The notes beneath the pieces are model-generated. The model saw only the letters and a list, made by a program, of their open reading frames with translations. It made no database searches and was not told where the DNA came from. Both the position numbers and the translations under genes were made by a program. DNA of 62,848 nucleotides, the filler included. It is 4 parts of 4 records of this genome, joined end to end, with 100 filler letters (N's around TTAATTAATTAA, not from the genome) between each part and the next. Parts side by side here need not be neighbours in the genome. Positions count along the whole stretch, not along the records: positions 29,842 to 37,771 come from SRR20825006_2410; positions 37,872 to 49,558 come from SRR20825006_2417; 2 more parts are not named here. One strand, written 5' to 3'. Of this stretch, positions 31,138 to 40,931 are shown one piece after another (the first letter of the stretch is position 1; the number at the start of each line of letters is the position of its first letter).

Positions 31138-33741
31138 GTGAGTATGCGACAGGGTTTCTTAACCCCACTGTTTATATGTTTTTCCCTTGTTGCCTGCGGC
31201 GGAGGTGGTGGGGGCGGCTCCGGTCGCGACGACACGCCTTCCTATCGCATCGCTCCAGGTGAAGCGTCGGTGCTAACCTTCGATGACACCGCGCGTTTAG
31301 AACTGGCGTCGACCAGCGCAGCGCAAGCCCTGTCTATTTCTTTAGAAGTGAACGTCGCTGCGGAGCAAACGCAGTATGAGCTGCAGCCCACGGAAACACA
31401 GCTGCTAACGCCTGCTAGGTTATTCTTACCCCTGCCGGAAAACCCCAAAAATCAGCGCTATAGCGTGGCCAGAAATGTCGATGGGCAGTGGCGGCCGCTA
31501 TTGAGCTCTGTGCAGAGCGAGGCGGGTGTCACGGCCAGTATCACCCAGTTCGGTGAATATCGCTTGGTTCCCACTGAGGCTCCCGAGGTGGCGCGCGTGG
31601 TCAACGGCAACTGCGAAGCACAAGCCGAGGAACAATCGCTGCGCTTTATTCACGTAGCTGACCTGCATGCACGCTATGGTGGCCCTGAAAAGCTTTTTAG
31701 TCGTATCAAGGCCTACCACCGTCAGGCGCTCGAAGAGCAGCCCTATACAGTATTCAGTAACGGCGGAGACGATTTTGAAAAGGGCAGCGTCGCTGAGTTG
31801 TTATCGGCGGGAGCCGCGACGGTTGAGGTCACCAAGGCCATGGCGTTTGATGTACGCGTCATTGGCAATCACGATTTTGCCTGGGGGGCGGACACGCTAC
31901 TCGACCACGCACAGGACCCGATCGCACAGGTGATTGCCAGTAACAGTGAATACCGAGGCGGCAGTGCAGAGAGTTTCGGCGCGCAGGGCTTTGCAGTACT
32001 TCAGGTAGGCTGCTTGAAGGTCGGCTTCTTTGGTATGAGCTCGGGGCCGTGGAATGAGCTTGATGAGCCCCTTGAGACGGCACCGATTCCGGATTTCGTC
32101 CCAGACTTTAAAATGAATTGGCACTTGCAGCATATTGCCGAGGGGGTGGTCAGCCAGTACCGGGAGCACGTGGACGTTTTAGTGATGCTCAGCCACCTAG
32201 GTGCCAGTGCGGATCGTGAAATCCTACTCGCCAACCCAGAGATCGACGTCGCCCTTGGCGGACACAGCCATTTGGGTACCGAGTTTGAGCAGTTGGCGTC
32301 GGGCAATATACTGATCCAGCCAGACTTTTTCGCCGATGGTCTGAGTGACGTGACGCTTCGTTACCGCCTGTCGGACAAACGCCTCCTCGACGCCAGTGTT
32401 GACGAAATTCAGGTGCGTGATATTGCTGAGCCCGATGCGACAACGCAGCAGGTTATTGAGGGCATTGTGCAAAAATACAGCCCCGATGCGCATGTCGAAA
32501 TCGCCTTGGCTGAAGACCAGCCAAACGCACAACAATTAACCGCCCTGGCAGCCAAAGCGGCGCTATATCATCACGGGGCCGATGCCGCGTTGCTGGATCC
32601 CTCGCAGGTTATCGAGCGCTGGCTGCCTGGAACGGTAACCGCAACCGAATTTCATCGCGCGCTACCCGTTGAGCGACAGCCCGCAGATACGCCAGGTTTT
32701 AAGGCATTCTATGAAGTTAGTGTGTCCGCCGCCGAACTGGCTGAGATGCGTGCGGCGCAGCCAGCTTGGGTGTTTGTCTCGTCGCAGGCAGCCGAGTCAG
32801 AATCCATCAAACTGGTGCTCTATAAAAGTGCCGCGTGGAATTTGCCGCTTTTCTTCCCCAATTTAGCTGACCGTTCAGCAACATACCTGTCAGAAAGTTG
32901 GGCAAGTCTGGATGCGTATGCGCGCCAGCGCAGCAGTGACTGCCTGTATCTGGATATCGATAAAACCCTGAGTCGCTGTCAACCAGACACCGTCACCACA
33001 ACGTGGCAGTTCCATAGTGATGAGCAGCCCTTGCGAGAAGACGCTGGGCCCTCGCGCCTGAGCTACCTTAACGTTGCCACACAAGCGGATACCCAATTCG
33101 GCCCGCCGGCAGACTTTGGTGTGCCGGAATTAGCGGATGGAGACTCGGTGGTGATGGCATTTGATGCATACAGTCCGGAGCAGGGGTTGAAACTGCAGAC
33201 CAACGTCCCTGCCAACGGCGACCTCGCCGAGCAAGGAAAATTGTCGGATTACTCGCTCGTTATGGACATTTTATGGCCAGAGGTCAGTGATGGCTTCTGG
33301 CGCGCCATTATGCAGACTACGCCTAATAACGATGATGACGCAGACATATTCTTCGAATCCAGCGCCAGTGGCGGAGTGGGTATCGCCAGTGCCGGTTCCG
33401 GGTACTTTGGCGAGTTCCGTCCAGGAAAATGGCATCGTCTCGGCTTGGTATTTTACGCCGGTGGCGAGGGCGGTAGCTTCAAGGCCTACCTCGACGGTGA
33501 GCTAATCGGTGCCAAGGCGGGGGGAGATATCGGTGAACGCTGGGCGATAATTGATGAGCTATTGCTGCTGACTGATAACTCCTTTGAAACACAAAAGGGT
33601 TACATGAATGCGCTGTTATTCTCGGGGCGCGCGCTGAGCGACAGCGAGCTCAATGACCTGGGCGCCGCGAAGCAAAATTTACGCCTGCAGCCCAATGCGC
33701 AGCAGCTGCAGCAGCGCATACAGCGCCACCTTCATCACTGA
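31138..33741 (+). CDS. Lipoprotein with a 5'-nucleotidase-type metallophosphoesterase domain and a C-terminal LamG/ConA-like domain
   Basis: Lipobox LVAC then a poly-Gly tether; DLH, GDD, GNHDF, SH, GGHSH calcineurin-like motifs; C-terminal WHRLGLV..YLDG..RALSDSE. Confidence 0.8.
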   Translation: MSMRQGFLTPLFICFSLVACGGGGGGGSGRDDTPSYRIAPGEASVLTFDDTARLELASTSAAQALSISLEVNVAAEQTQYELQPTETQLLTPARLFLPLPENPKNQRYSVARNVDGQWRPLLSSVQSEAGVTASITQFGEYRLVPTEAPEVARVVNGNCEAQAEEQSLRFIHVADLHARYGGPEKLFSRIKAYHRQALEEQPYTVFSNGGDDFEKGSVAELLSAGAATVEVTKAMAFDVRVIGNHDFAWGADTLLDHAQDPIAQVIASNSEYRGGSAESFGAQGFAVLQVGCLKVGFFGMSSGPWNELDEPLETAPIPDFVPDFKMNWHLQHIAEGVVSQYREHVDVLVMLSHLGASADREILLANPEIDVALGGHSHLGTEFEQLASGNILIQPDFFADGLSDVTLRYRLSDKRLLDASVDEIQVRDIAEPDATTQQVIEGIVQKYSPDAHVEIALAEDQPNAQQLTALAAKAALYHHGADAALLDPSQVIERWLPGTVTATEFHRALPVERQPADTPGFKAFYEVSVSAAELAEMRAAQPAWVFVSSQAAESESIKLVLYKSAAWNLPLFFPNLADRSATYLSESWASLDAYARQRSSDCLYLDIDKTLSRCQPDTVTTTWQFHSDEQPLREDAGPSRLSYLNVATQADTQFGPPADFGVPELADGDSVVMAFDAYSPEQGLKLQTNVPANGDLAEQGKLSDYSLVMDILWPEVSDGFWRAIMQTTPNNDDDADIFFESSASGGVGIASAGSGYFGEFRPGKWHRLGLVFYAGGEGGSFKAYLDGELIGAKAGGDIGERWAIIDELLLLTDNSFETQKGYMNALLFSGRALSDSELNDLGAAKQNLRLQPNAQQLQQRIQRHLHH

Positions 33742-33768
33742 TGGAGTAGGAGGCACTGCACGCGGGCG

Positions 33769-36708
33769 CTAGAGTTGCCGTTGCTCAAAGCCTTCCGCTG
33801 ACAGCCAGTCGTCAAGGTTTTGGGCCGTTGCGCTATTACTGATTACCGCAATGCTGGGCGCCACGCCCTTGAGGTACTCTCGGGTCACCCGCTGCAAATC
33901 GTCGCCAGTCACCGCGAGTACGCGGTTTCGGAATGTGCGGCGATCATCAATGCTGCGGCCAAAAATACGGCTGTGAAAATCCTGCTTTGCCTCGCCGGCG
34001 GGCGAGCCGGGTTTGTCGATATTGCTGACAACGCCCAGTATCGCTTGCTCCAGGGCGTCGCCGCTCACAGGTGTGTCCAGCATCCAATCAATGGCTTGGC
34101 TGAAATCGTTTAGCGTTTCTTGCAAGCGTGGGTCGCGGTAGGAATAAAAGCGGAAGGCCGCAATATTGGAGTCTTGCGATGCGCCGCCGCCATAGGCGCC
34201 GCCCTGTTCGCGAATGCTGCGATGCAAGATGCCGTTGCGAAGATACACTGCAAGCACGCTCAATATCGCGGCGTCCGGGTGGCCCGAGGGAACGGTGGGG
34301 TAGGCGCTGGCGCAGAAGTTGACCTGGGAGTTAGCAGACCAAAATTCACGACGTGCTTCACGGCAGGTGTCGGTGTGCAATAGCGCGTTGCCATCGCCCT
34401 GGAAATTATCCCAAACCGATGCCAGCGCTGAGCGATGAGCATTGAACCCCTGTTCTTCAGCAACGACCAACAGCTGCCGGTTGGCAGACAGCACTTTCTG
34501 GTGAATGGCCGCTAATCCCTCAGCCAAGGCGGCTTTGCCGCTCGCTGTCTCAGCCGCATCGCTCAGCTGTCGAAGCTGCAGAATGCCATCTAAACCGGAC
34601 ATCTTTTGGCTAATTCTTGCAACGGGGCTCATCCCCGAAGAGGCCGCTGCCATGGCCAGCGCGTGCCCGTTTCCGGTGATTGAAGACTCTCGTCGCGCCT
34701 TCATGTGGGCGAGCATATCGTAGATTCGTTCATGTTCGTCAAAGCGTACCTGCTCCAGTGTGTCGCGCATGAGCGTTGCTTGCGCCTGGCAATTCCGTAG
34801 CAAGGCCTTCGACGACAGTACTAAGTACGCCTGCTGCTGCTGTTCATCGTTTATGCCGCCGCGCATACTGGTGTATGCCGAGATGCCGCCACAGATCGCG
34901 GCTTGGTGGGCTTGCACCTCTATGTAGCTGCGCTCGCCCAGGCCGAGCTCGGTGACGGTTTGGGTGTAGAGGGGGAGTAAGCCGAGCTCGTCATCGCTGA
35001 GATGCGGCATTTCGATTAACAACTGCTGGTAAATCAAACCATTGGTGCCACGGTTGTAATAGCAGTAGGGCAGATTGCCGAAATGCGCGTCGGTATAGGG
35101 CAGCTCGGGGAGGTCTTGGGCGACATCCGCCAAGCCTACTCGGGGCAATATGCTCTCGTCTTCTTGCAGGGTTTGTCGCTCAGCCAAGGCTTCTGCCTGA
35201 TCGATAATCGCCTGCTTCTCCGCGTCGCTGAGCGAGGCTTGGATTGTGGCTAATCGGTGTTGTTCAGCGTTTTCGGCGCGCTGTTGATACTGTTGGTCAG
35301 GACTGAAAACCAGGGTGACGCGATGAGGGTTATCAATTAGCTGCTGCAGCAAGCGGGGAAGATAATCCGCATCAGCGATTTTCTCACGCAGGCGCGCAAG
35401 CGCTGGGTCTAGGTCCAAGACATCAACGGGGTTGCCGCGGTGGGTGGCCGCTCCCAAACTATTCAAAATTAGTTGCAGGCCATAGGGGTAGCCGTCGCCA
35501 CTGATCTCTCGTTGTTGTAGCTCCAGCTGGTGAAGGACTGATTCAACTTGGTCGGTGTCGACGCCCTCCTTGACCAAGCCGCGGAGAGTGTCGAGCACCA
35601 GGGCTTCTACGGCATCGCGGTGCTCGACCTCACTGCCTTCCAGTCCGCAGGCAAACACCATCTCACGCATTGAGTCCTCTAAACCACACATCGGCGAGGG
35701 GGAGCTCCCCAGGTCGCTGGTTTCAAGCGCATGCAGCAGTGGGCTGGAGCTGTTATCCAATAATATTCCGGCAAGAAGTTGCGCCTCTAGCAGGCTATCA
35801 AGGTCGGTACTATTGCCCAGTAGCCAGGACAACACGATATGGGTCTTACCCTTGGGGTCTTCCGCCGCTGGCAGCGGGTAGGACTCTTGCACGCGAATGG
35901 GGGCGTGGTAGCGTTTTTCATCCGCCACTGCAATGTGCTTATCCAGGGCGGTAAAGCGCTTGAGGGCCAGTTCTTCAAAGCGTGCTTGGTGCTCGGCGGC
36001 AGAAATATCGCCGTAGGTCATAAAAATGGCGTTGCTGGGGTGGTAATGGCTTTCGTAAAAGCCCTTTAGCTCTTCGTAGCTGAGGCCTGGAATGGCCTCC
36101 GGATCGCCGCCGCTGTTGTGGTGATAGGTGGCAGTGGGAAATAAATACTTACACAACGTGTGCCAGAGCCTGCTTGGTATCGAGCTCATGGCCCCCTTCA
36201 TTTCATTGAAAACCACACCTTTAAATTGAAGTGCGGAGTCGGGATTGCCGCGTTCGCTAAACTCTAACCGATGACCCTCTTGGGCGAAATCTAAGGGGTG
36301 CAGGCGTGAGAAGAAAACGGCATCTAAATACACCTGTAACAGGTTATCAAAGTCTTTCCTGTTGCTGCTGGCAAAGGGGTAGGCTGTCCAGTCGGAACTG
36401 GTAAACGCATTCATAAAGCTGTTCAGCGAGCGACGAATCATCATAAAAAATGGGTCGCGCACCGGGTATTTTTCGCTGCCACACAGCGCCGTGTGTTCCA
36501 GGATATGAGCGACGCCCTTCGAATCGTTAGGGACGGTGCGCAGTGCCACAAGGAACACATTTTCTTTATTGTCAGCGTCAATATGGTAGTGGCTGGCGCC
36601 GGTTTCTATGTGCCGGTATTCGCAAAGGGTGACGCCGAGTGCGTCGATTGATTTACTGCTGAGCAATTCAAAAGCAGGGTGGGCGGCACGTGGTTGGGTA
36701 GCAGTCAT
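33769..36708 (-). CDS. M16C (PreP/presequence protease-like) zinc peptidase
   Basis: HILEHTALCGSEKYPVRDPFF, NAFT, GVVFNEMKG, IREQGGAYG, FYSYRDP. Confidence 0.95.
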   Translation of the reverse strand: MTATQPRAAHPAFELLSSKSIDALGVTLCEYRHIETGASHYHIDADNKENVFLVALRTVPNDSKGVAHILEHTALCGSEKYPVRDPFFMMIRRSLNSFMNAFTSSDWTAYPFASSNRKDFDNLLQVYLDAVFFSRLHPLDFAQEGHRLEFSERGNPDSALQFKGVVFNEMKGAMSSIPSRLWHTLCKYLFPTATYHHNSGGDPEAIPGLSYEELKGFYESHYHPSNAIFMTYGDISAAEHQARFEELALKRFTALDKHIAVADEKRYHAPIRVQESYPLPAAEDPKGKTHIVLSWLLGNSTDLDSLLEAQLLAGILLDNSSSPLLHALETSDLGSSPSPMCGLEDSMREMVFACGLEGSEVEHRDAVEALVLDTLRGLVKEGVDTDQVESVLHQLELQQREISGDGYPYGLQLILNSLGAATHRGNPVDVLDLDPALARLREKIADADYLPRLLQQLIDNPHRVTLVFSPDQQYQQRAENAEQHRLATIQASLSDAEKQAIIDQAEALAERQTLQEDESILPRVGLADVAQDLPELPYTDAHFGNLPYCYYNRGTNGLIYQQLLIEMPHLSDDELGLLPLYTQTVTELGLGERSYIEVQAHQAAICGGISAYTSMRGGINDEQQQQAYLVLSSKALLRNCQAQATLMRDTLEQVRFDEHERIYDMLAHMKARRESSITGNGHALAMAAASSGMSPVARISQKMSGLDGILQLRQLSDAAETASGKAALAEGLAAIHQKVLSANRQLLVVAEEQGFNAHRSALASVWDNFQGDGNALLHTDTCREARREFWSANSQVNFCASAYPTVPSGHPDAAILSVLAVYLRNGILHRSIREQGGAYGGGASQDSNIAAFRFYSYRDPRLQETLNDFSQAIDWMLDTPVSGDALEQAILGVVSNIDKPGSPAGEAKQDFHSRIFGRSIDDRRTFRNRVLAVTGDDLQRVTREYLKGVAPSIAVISNSATAQNLDDWLSAEGFEQRQL

Positions 36709-36754
36709 AGAATCCTGTCTTGAGCGATTAAACGTTTCAGGGAGACTAGCATTT

Positions 36755-37600
36755 TTAGCCGGCTTTTGCGGCGCTTTTTGCCGTCTCCAATACTGGAAGC
36801 GTAAAGCGAATTCGGTAGATTTTGGGCCAGAGTTTACCAGTCACCAGCCAGGTATCGTCGCGGGCATCATAGGCGATACCGTTGAGCACCGCTTCCTGAT
36901 GGAGGCCCTCTGGAATGAGTGCACTCAAGTCTAGTTGTGAAACGACTTCGCCTGAGCGCGCATCAATGACAAGGAGGTAGGGCTGCTTCCATTGGTTGGC
37001 GAGGATATAGTCGCCATGGCACTCCAATTCGTTGAGGTGCTGATAGTTACCGGCTCCGGTAATGGTGAGGGTGTCCACCAATGAAAAGTCGCTGGTTCGG
37101 CGCCATTGTATTTCGTCGCTGCCGTCAGACATTGCAAATAAGTCGCGGCGCGAGTGATAGCAAATACCCCAACCCTGACCCTTGTATGCGTGACGGCGCA
37201 GTAGCGCAAACCGCTCGGGGTCTATCTCCAGTAATTGGCCAGCGCGCCATGTGAGCAGGTAAAGTCTGCCTCTGTGGAAGGTTAAGCCCTCTGCGAATAG
37301 CGATTTGTCCAGGGTGACACCCCGCAGGGTTTCAGTGCTTTCTTCAGGGGCAGTACTCCCTTCTGGGGCAGTACTCCCTTCTGGAAAGGGGCGTGCAATC
37401 ACTTTCGAGTGGCCATAAAGACCGCTGCTCTCAAAAAGCTGGCCGTGAAACAGTTCCAGCCCCTGGGTGAAGAGCGCTGTTGAATGAGGGTAGTGCCCCA
37501 CAACGTCGTAAGGAAGCGTATTAGCAGCCGCGCGCAGTGGCAGTACGACGACCACAAGAGCGATAAGCGTGTGTAAGCGGTACATCACTATTGTCAGCAT
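36755..37600 (-). CDS. Glutaminyl-peptide cyclotransferase (plant/bacterial beta-propeller type)
   Basis: YPH...FTQGL, ESSGLYG, FAEGLT, LTW, GWG, SDGS, LNELE, ANQW, VLNGIAY, VTGKLWP. Confidence 0.92.
   Translation of the reverse strand: MLTIVMYRLHTLIALVVVVLPLRAAANTLPYDVVGHYPHSTALFTQGLELFHGQLFESSGLYGHSKVIARPFPEGSTAPEGSTAPEESTETLRGVTLDKSLFAEGLTFHRGRLYLLTWRAGQLLEIDPERFALLRRHAYKGQGWGICYHSRRDLFAMSDGSDEIQWRRTSDFSLVDTLTITGAGNYQHLNELECHGDYILANQWKQPYLLVIDARSGEVVSQLDLSALIPEGLHQEAVLNGIAYDARDDTWLVTGKLWPKIYRIRFTLPVLETAKSAAKAG
37347..37382. repeat. In-frame 18-bp tandem duplication inside the glutaminyl cyclase gene
   Basis: GGGGCAGTACTCCCTTCT twice, exact; encodes PEGSTA twice, with a degenerate third copy PEESTE. 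Confidence 0.9.
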
Positions 37601-37712
37601 TCACAGTGTTTGCAGAATCTCCTACTATGCCATTTCGCTGGTAGCCGCGCACCACTGACGTGCAGATGACGGGCACCGTGGCTAAGCAAGGATTTGGAGG
37701 GCACTCAGGGCG

Positions 37713-37771
37713 ATGAACAACGACGATATTCTCTGGCACTTGTCAGCGAAGGAAGCCATTCGCGACTTGGT
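37713..37771 (+). CDS. 5' fragment of a gene, possibly SnoaL/NTF2-like
   Basis: GGAGG upstream; MNNDDILWHLSAKEAIRDL... runs into the gap. EAIRDL resembles the first helix of SnoaL-like proteins, but only 19 codons are visible. Confidence 0.4.
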
Positions 37772-37871
37772 NNNNNNNNNNNNNNNNNNNNNNNNNNNNN
37801 NNNNNNNNNNNNNNNTTAATTAATTAANNNNNNNNNNNNNNNNNNNNNNNNNNNNNNNNNNNNNNNNNNNN
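37772..37871. other. Artificial contig spacer
   Basis: 44 N + TTAATTAATTAA (37816-37827) + 44 N. Confidence 0.97.
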
Positions 37872-37917
37872 CGCGTTCATCTTTCGCTCGCCTCCAGGAT
37901 GGGCAAACCATGAACGA

Positions 37918-38925
37918 ATGGAGTTTCGAAAGAAGATGTTGCAAGAAGAACAAGCACAACCGGATCTGACCGAAGCCAGCGAGTTCGTCGACCGCATCAC
38001 CCATGAACTCTCGCGCGTCGTGATCGGCCAACGCTACATGGTCGAGCGCCTGCTCATCGGTATGCTCACCGGCGGCCACGTCCTCCTCGAAGGCGTCCCC
38101 GGGCTGGCAAAAACTCTCACCGTCAAGTCGCTCGCCGAGACCGTCGATGTCGACTTCGCCAGGATCCAGTTCACGCCCGATTTGCTGCCCGCAGATCTCA
38201 TCGGGACGATGATCTTCGATCAGTCCACGCGTGACTTCGTCCCGCGTCAGGGGCCCGTCTTTACAAACATCTTGCTCGCTGACGAGATCAACCGCGCGCC
38301 GGCAAAGGTCCAGTCCGCCTTGCTCGAGTCGATGCAGGAGCGCCAGGTCACCATCGGGGACACCACCTACAAACTCCCCGACCCCTTCCTCGTGCTCGCC
38401 ACGCAGAACCCGATCGAGCAAGAGGGCACCTACCCGCTGCCCGAAGCACAGGTCGACCGCTTCATGCTCATGATTCGCGTGGGGTATCCCACGCGCGACG
38501 AGGAGCGCCAGATCATGGACCTCGTCACCGAGCAACGCGCGCCAAAATCACTCACCGCGGTCACCACCCCGGAGGAGATCCGCGCCGCGCAACGCGCCGT
38601 GCGAAAGATCCACCTCGCGGACAAGCTCAAGGACTATATCGTCGATATCATCTACGCCACGCGCGACCCGGAGCGCTACGGCCTGAAGGATCTCGTCGAC
38701 TACATCGACTTCGGCGCCAGCCCTCGCGCCACCATCTACCTCAACCTCGCCGCCCGCGCGCACGCGTTCATTCGCCGCGAGGAGGCCGTCTACCCCGAAG
38801 ATATCAAGGCCGTCGCCTATGATGTCCTGCGCCACCGCGTGATCCTGACCTACGAGGCCGAGGCCGAGGAGCTCACCCCCGAGATCATCATCGAGCGTCT
38901 GCTCGAAGCGATCGAAGTTCCTTGA
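37918..38925 (+). CDS. moxR: MoxR-family AAA+ ATPase (MoxR-proper type)
   Basis: GHVLLEGVPGLAKT Walker A, RIQFTPDLLPAD, LADEINRAPAKVQSALLE Walker B, ATQNPIEQEGTYPLPEAQ.DRF, GASPRA. Confidence 0.96.
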   Translation: MEFRKKMLQEEQAQPDLTEASEFVDRITHELSRVVIGQRYMVERLLIGMLTGGHVLLEGVPGLAKTLTVKSLAETVDVDFARIQFTPDLLPADLIGTMIFDQSTRDFVPRQGPVFTNILLADEINRAPAKVQSALLESMQERQVTIGDTTYKLPDPFLVLATQNPIEQEGTYPLPEAQVDRFMLMIRVGYPTRDEERQIMDLVTEQRAPKSLTAVTTPEEIRAAQRAVRKIHLADKLKDYIVDIIYATRDPERYGLKDLVDYIDFGASPRATIYLNLAARAHAFIRREEAVYPEDIKAVAYDVLRHRVILTYEAEAEELTPEIIIERLLEAIEVP

Positions 38926-39080
38926 ATCTCGGCAAGATCGAGGCGTGATTTTCTCATTGAACGAAGTTCAGTTTTTTCGCCCATCCCTGTAGAATGTGCG
39001 TGGTTGAACCTTGTTTGACGGTAAGAATCACTCGCGCGCTCGCTCGAAAAAGAGCAGGGCGCGCAGCACGGAGAAGAGCC

Positions 39081-39923
39081 ATGAAGACCTATCAAAACCG
39101 CGTCGCAGCTATCACTGGAGCAGCCTCGGGTATTGGCCGAGCGCTCGCCAAGGAGCTCGCTGCGCGCGGCGCACACCTGGCCATCAGCGATGTCCAGGAA
39201 GAAGCGCTCGCCGAGACTGCCGCGCAGTGCGAGCGCCTCGGCGCGCGCGTCACCACGCAAATCCTCGATGTTACCGACAGGAAGGCGTTCGACGCCTGGG
39301 CCGCCTCGGTCGCCGACGAGTTCGGTGACGTGCACATGATCTTTAACAACGCCGGGATCGCCATCCACGGCACCTTCGAGGAGGTCCCCGACGAGGTCTT
39401 CGAGCGCGTCATCGACGTCGACTTCTGGGGAGTGATTCACGGCACGCGCGCGTTTCTTCCTTACCTCAAGCGCGCGAGCGAAGGTCACATCATCAACATC
39501 TCGAGCGTCTTTGGCATCATCGGCGTCCCCGGTCAGAGCGCCTATAACTCGGCCAAGTTCGCCGTGCGCGGTTTCACCGAGTGCCTGCGCCAGGAGCTCG
39601 ACCTGAGCGATCCACACGTGCGCGCCACCTGCGTGCACCCCGGCGGCATCAAGACAAACATCGCCGCCGCCGCGTCGTTTGTGGGGCAGGGCTTTGGCAA
39701 GACCGAGCCCGACGCGCTCGCCAGGGACTTCGACAAGCTCGCGCGCACCACCCCCGAGACCGCCGCCAAGGTGATCCTGGCTGGCGTGCTCGAGGATCGC
39801 GCGCGCGTCCTTATTGGACCCGACGCGACCGTGATCGATGTGATCCAGCGCGCGATGCCCGGCTCCTATCACTCACTGGTCAAAAAGTTCTTCGCCCGCA
39901 CCTTCAAGGGGAAGAAGAAGTAA
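39081..39923 (+). CDS. Short-chain dehydrogenase/reductase
   Basis: ITGAASGIG, FNNAG, NISS, YNSAK, HPGGIKT; GGAG RBS before ATG 39081. Confidence 0.94.
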   Translation: MKTYQNRVAAITGAASGIGRALAKELAARGAHLAISDVQEEALAETAAQCERLGARVTTQILDVTDRKAFDAWAASVADEFGDVHMIFNNAGIAIHGTFEEVPDEVFERVIDVDFWGVIHGTRAFLPYLKRASEGHIINISSVFGIIGVPGQSAYNSAKFAVRGFTECLRQELDLSDPHVRATCVHPGGIKTNIAAAASFVGQGFGKTEPDALARDFDKLARTTPETAAKVILAGVLEDRARVLIGPDATVIDVIQRAMPGSYHSLVKKFFARTFKGKKK

Positions 39924-39950
39924 CCCTCAAGCAGATCTGCAAGAGATGCC

Positions 39951-40826
39951 ATGCTCCCCAAAGAACTGATCAAGGCTGTCAAACACCTCGAGATCGTGGC
40001 GCGCCGCGCCGTCAACGACCAACTCGCCGGGCAATACCAGAGCGTGTTCAAGGGGCGAGGAATGGACTTTGTCGATGTCCGGGCTTACCAGCCGGGCGAT
40101 GACATCCGCGTGATCGATTGGAACGTCTCGGCGCGCATGGACGATCTCTACATCAAGCAATTCGTGGAAGAGCGCGAGCTCACTGTCTTCTTGCTCGTGG
40201 ACGCCTCCGGGAGCCAGCTCTTTGGCACCCAGTCGCGCCGCAAGCAAGAGTGCGCCGCGGAGCTCGGCGCGCTGATCGCCTTTAGCGCGATCAAGAACAA
40301 CGATCGCGTCGGGCTGATCACCTTCACCGACAAGATCGAGACCTTCATCCCGCCAAAGAAGGGCAGAAAGCACGTCTTGCGCGTCATCACCGAGATCCTC
40401 GAGCAGCGCACCACAGGACGTGGAACCGATATCTCCGCGGCGCTCGAGCACCTCTCGCGCATCACGCGCAAGAAGGCGGTCGTCTTTCTCATCAGTGATT
40501 TTCAGGACGAGGGCTTCGAAAAGGCGCTCAATATCTCGAGTCGTCGCCACGAGATCGTGCCCGTCTTCCTCATCGACCCGATGGAAGAAAAGCTCCCCAA
40601 TATGGGTATTATCCAGGTGGAGAACCCGGAGACGGGAGAGCTCCTGACGGTCGACACCACCAGCAAAAAGATCCGCGATGCCTACGAGCGCGCCGCCACA
40701 TCTCAACGCGAGGCGCGCGAGAAGGCGTTCAGAAAGCGCAAGATCGATCACGTCGTGGTTCGCACCGACGAGGACTACCTCGCTCCGCTTATCAAGTACT
40801 TCCGGCTGCGCGCGCGAAGGGCTTGA
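39951..40826 (+). CDS. DUF58 domain protein with vWA-like region
   Basis: GRGMDF..VRAYQPGDDIR.IDWNVSAR, DASGS, ISDF; typical MoxR partner. Confidence 0.94.
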   Translation: MLPKELIKAVKHLEIVARRAVNDQLAGQYQSVFKGRGMDFVDVRAYQPGDDIRVIDWNVSARMDDLYIKQFVEERELTVFLLVDASGSQLFGTQSRRKQECAAELGALIAFSAIKNNDRVGLITFTDKIETFIPPKKGRKHVLRVITEILEQRTTGRGTDISAALEHLSRITRKKAVVFLISDFQDEGFEKALNISSRRHEIVPVFLIDPMEEKLPNMGIIQVENPETGELLTVDTTSKKIRDAYERAATSQREAREKAFRKRKIDHVVVRTDEDYLAPLIKYFRLRARRA

Positions 40827-40931
40827 CACCCGCGCGCGAAGTCATAGCTTTGACGACCGGGCTTTCACTGCAAGGAGTCTGGCGCCTCTGGTCTCGTTTG
40901 TATCATTGCAGAGAAGATCCTCGAGGCTTGG

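Noticed and set aside
37816..38535. 239-aa minus-strand ORF running through Ns
   Set aside because: Antisense shadow of moxR that ends in the artificial linker.
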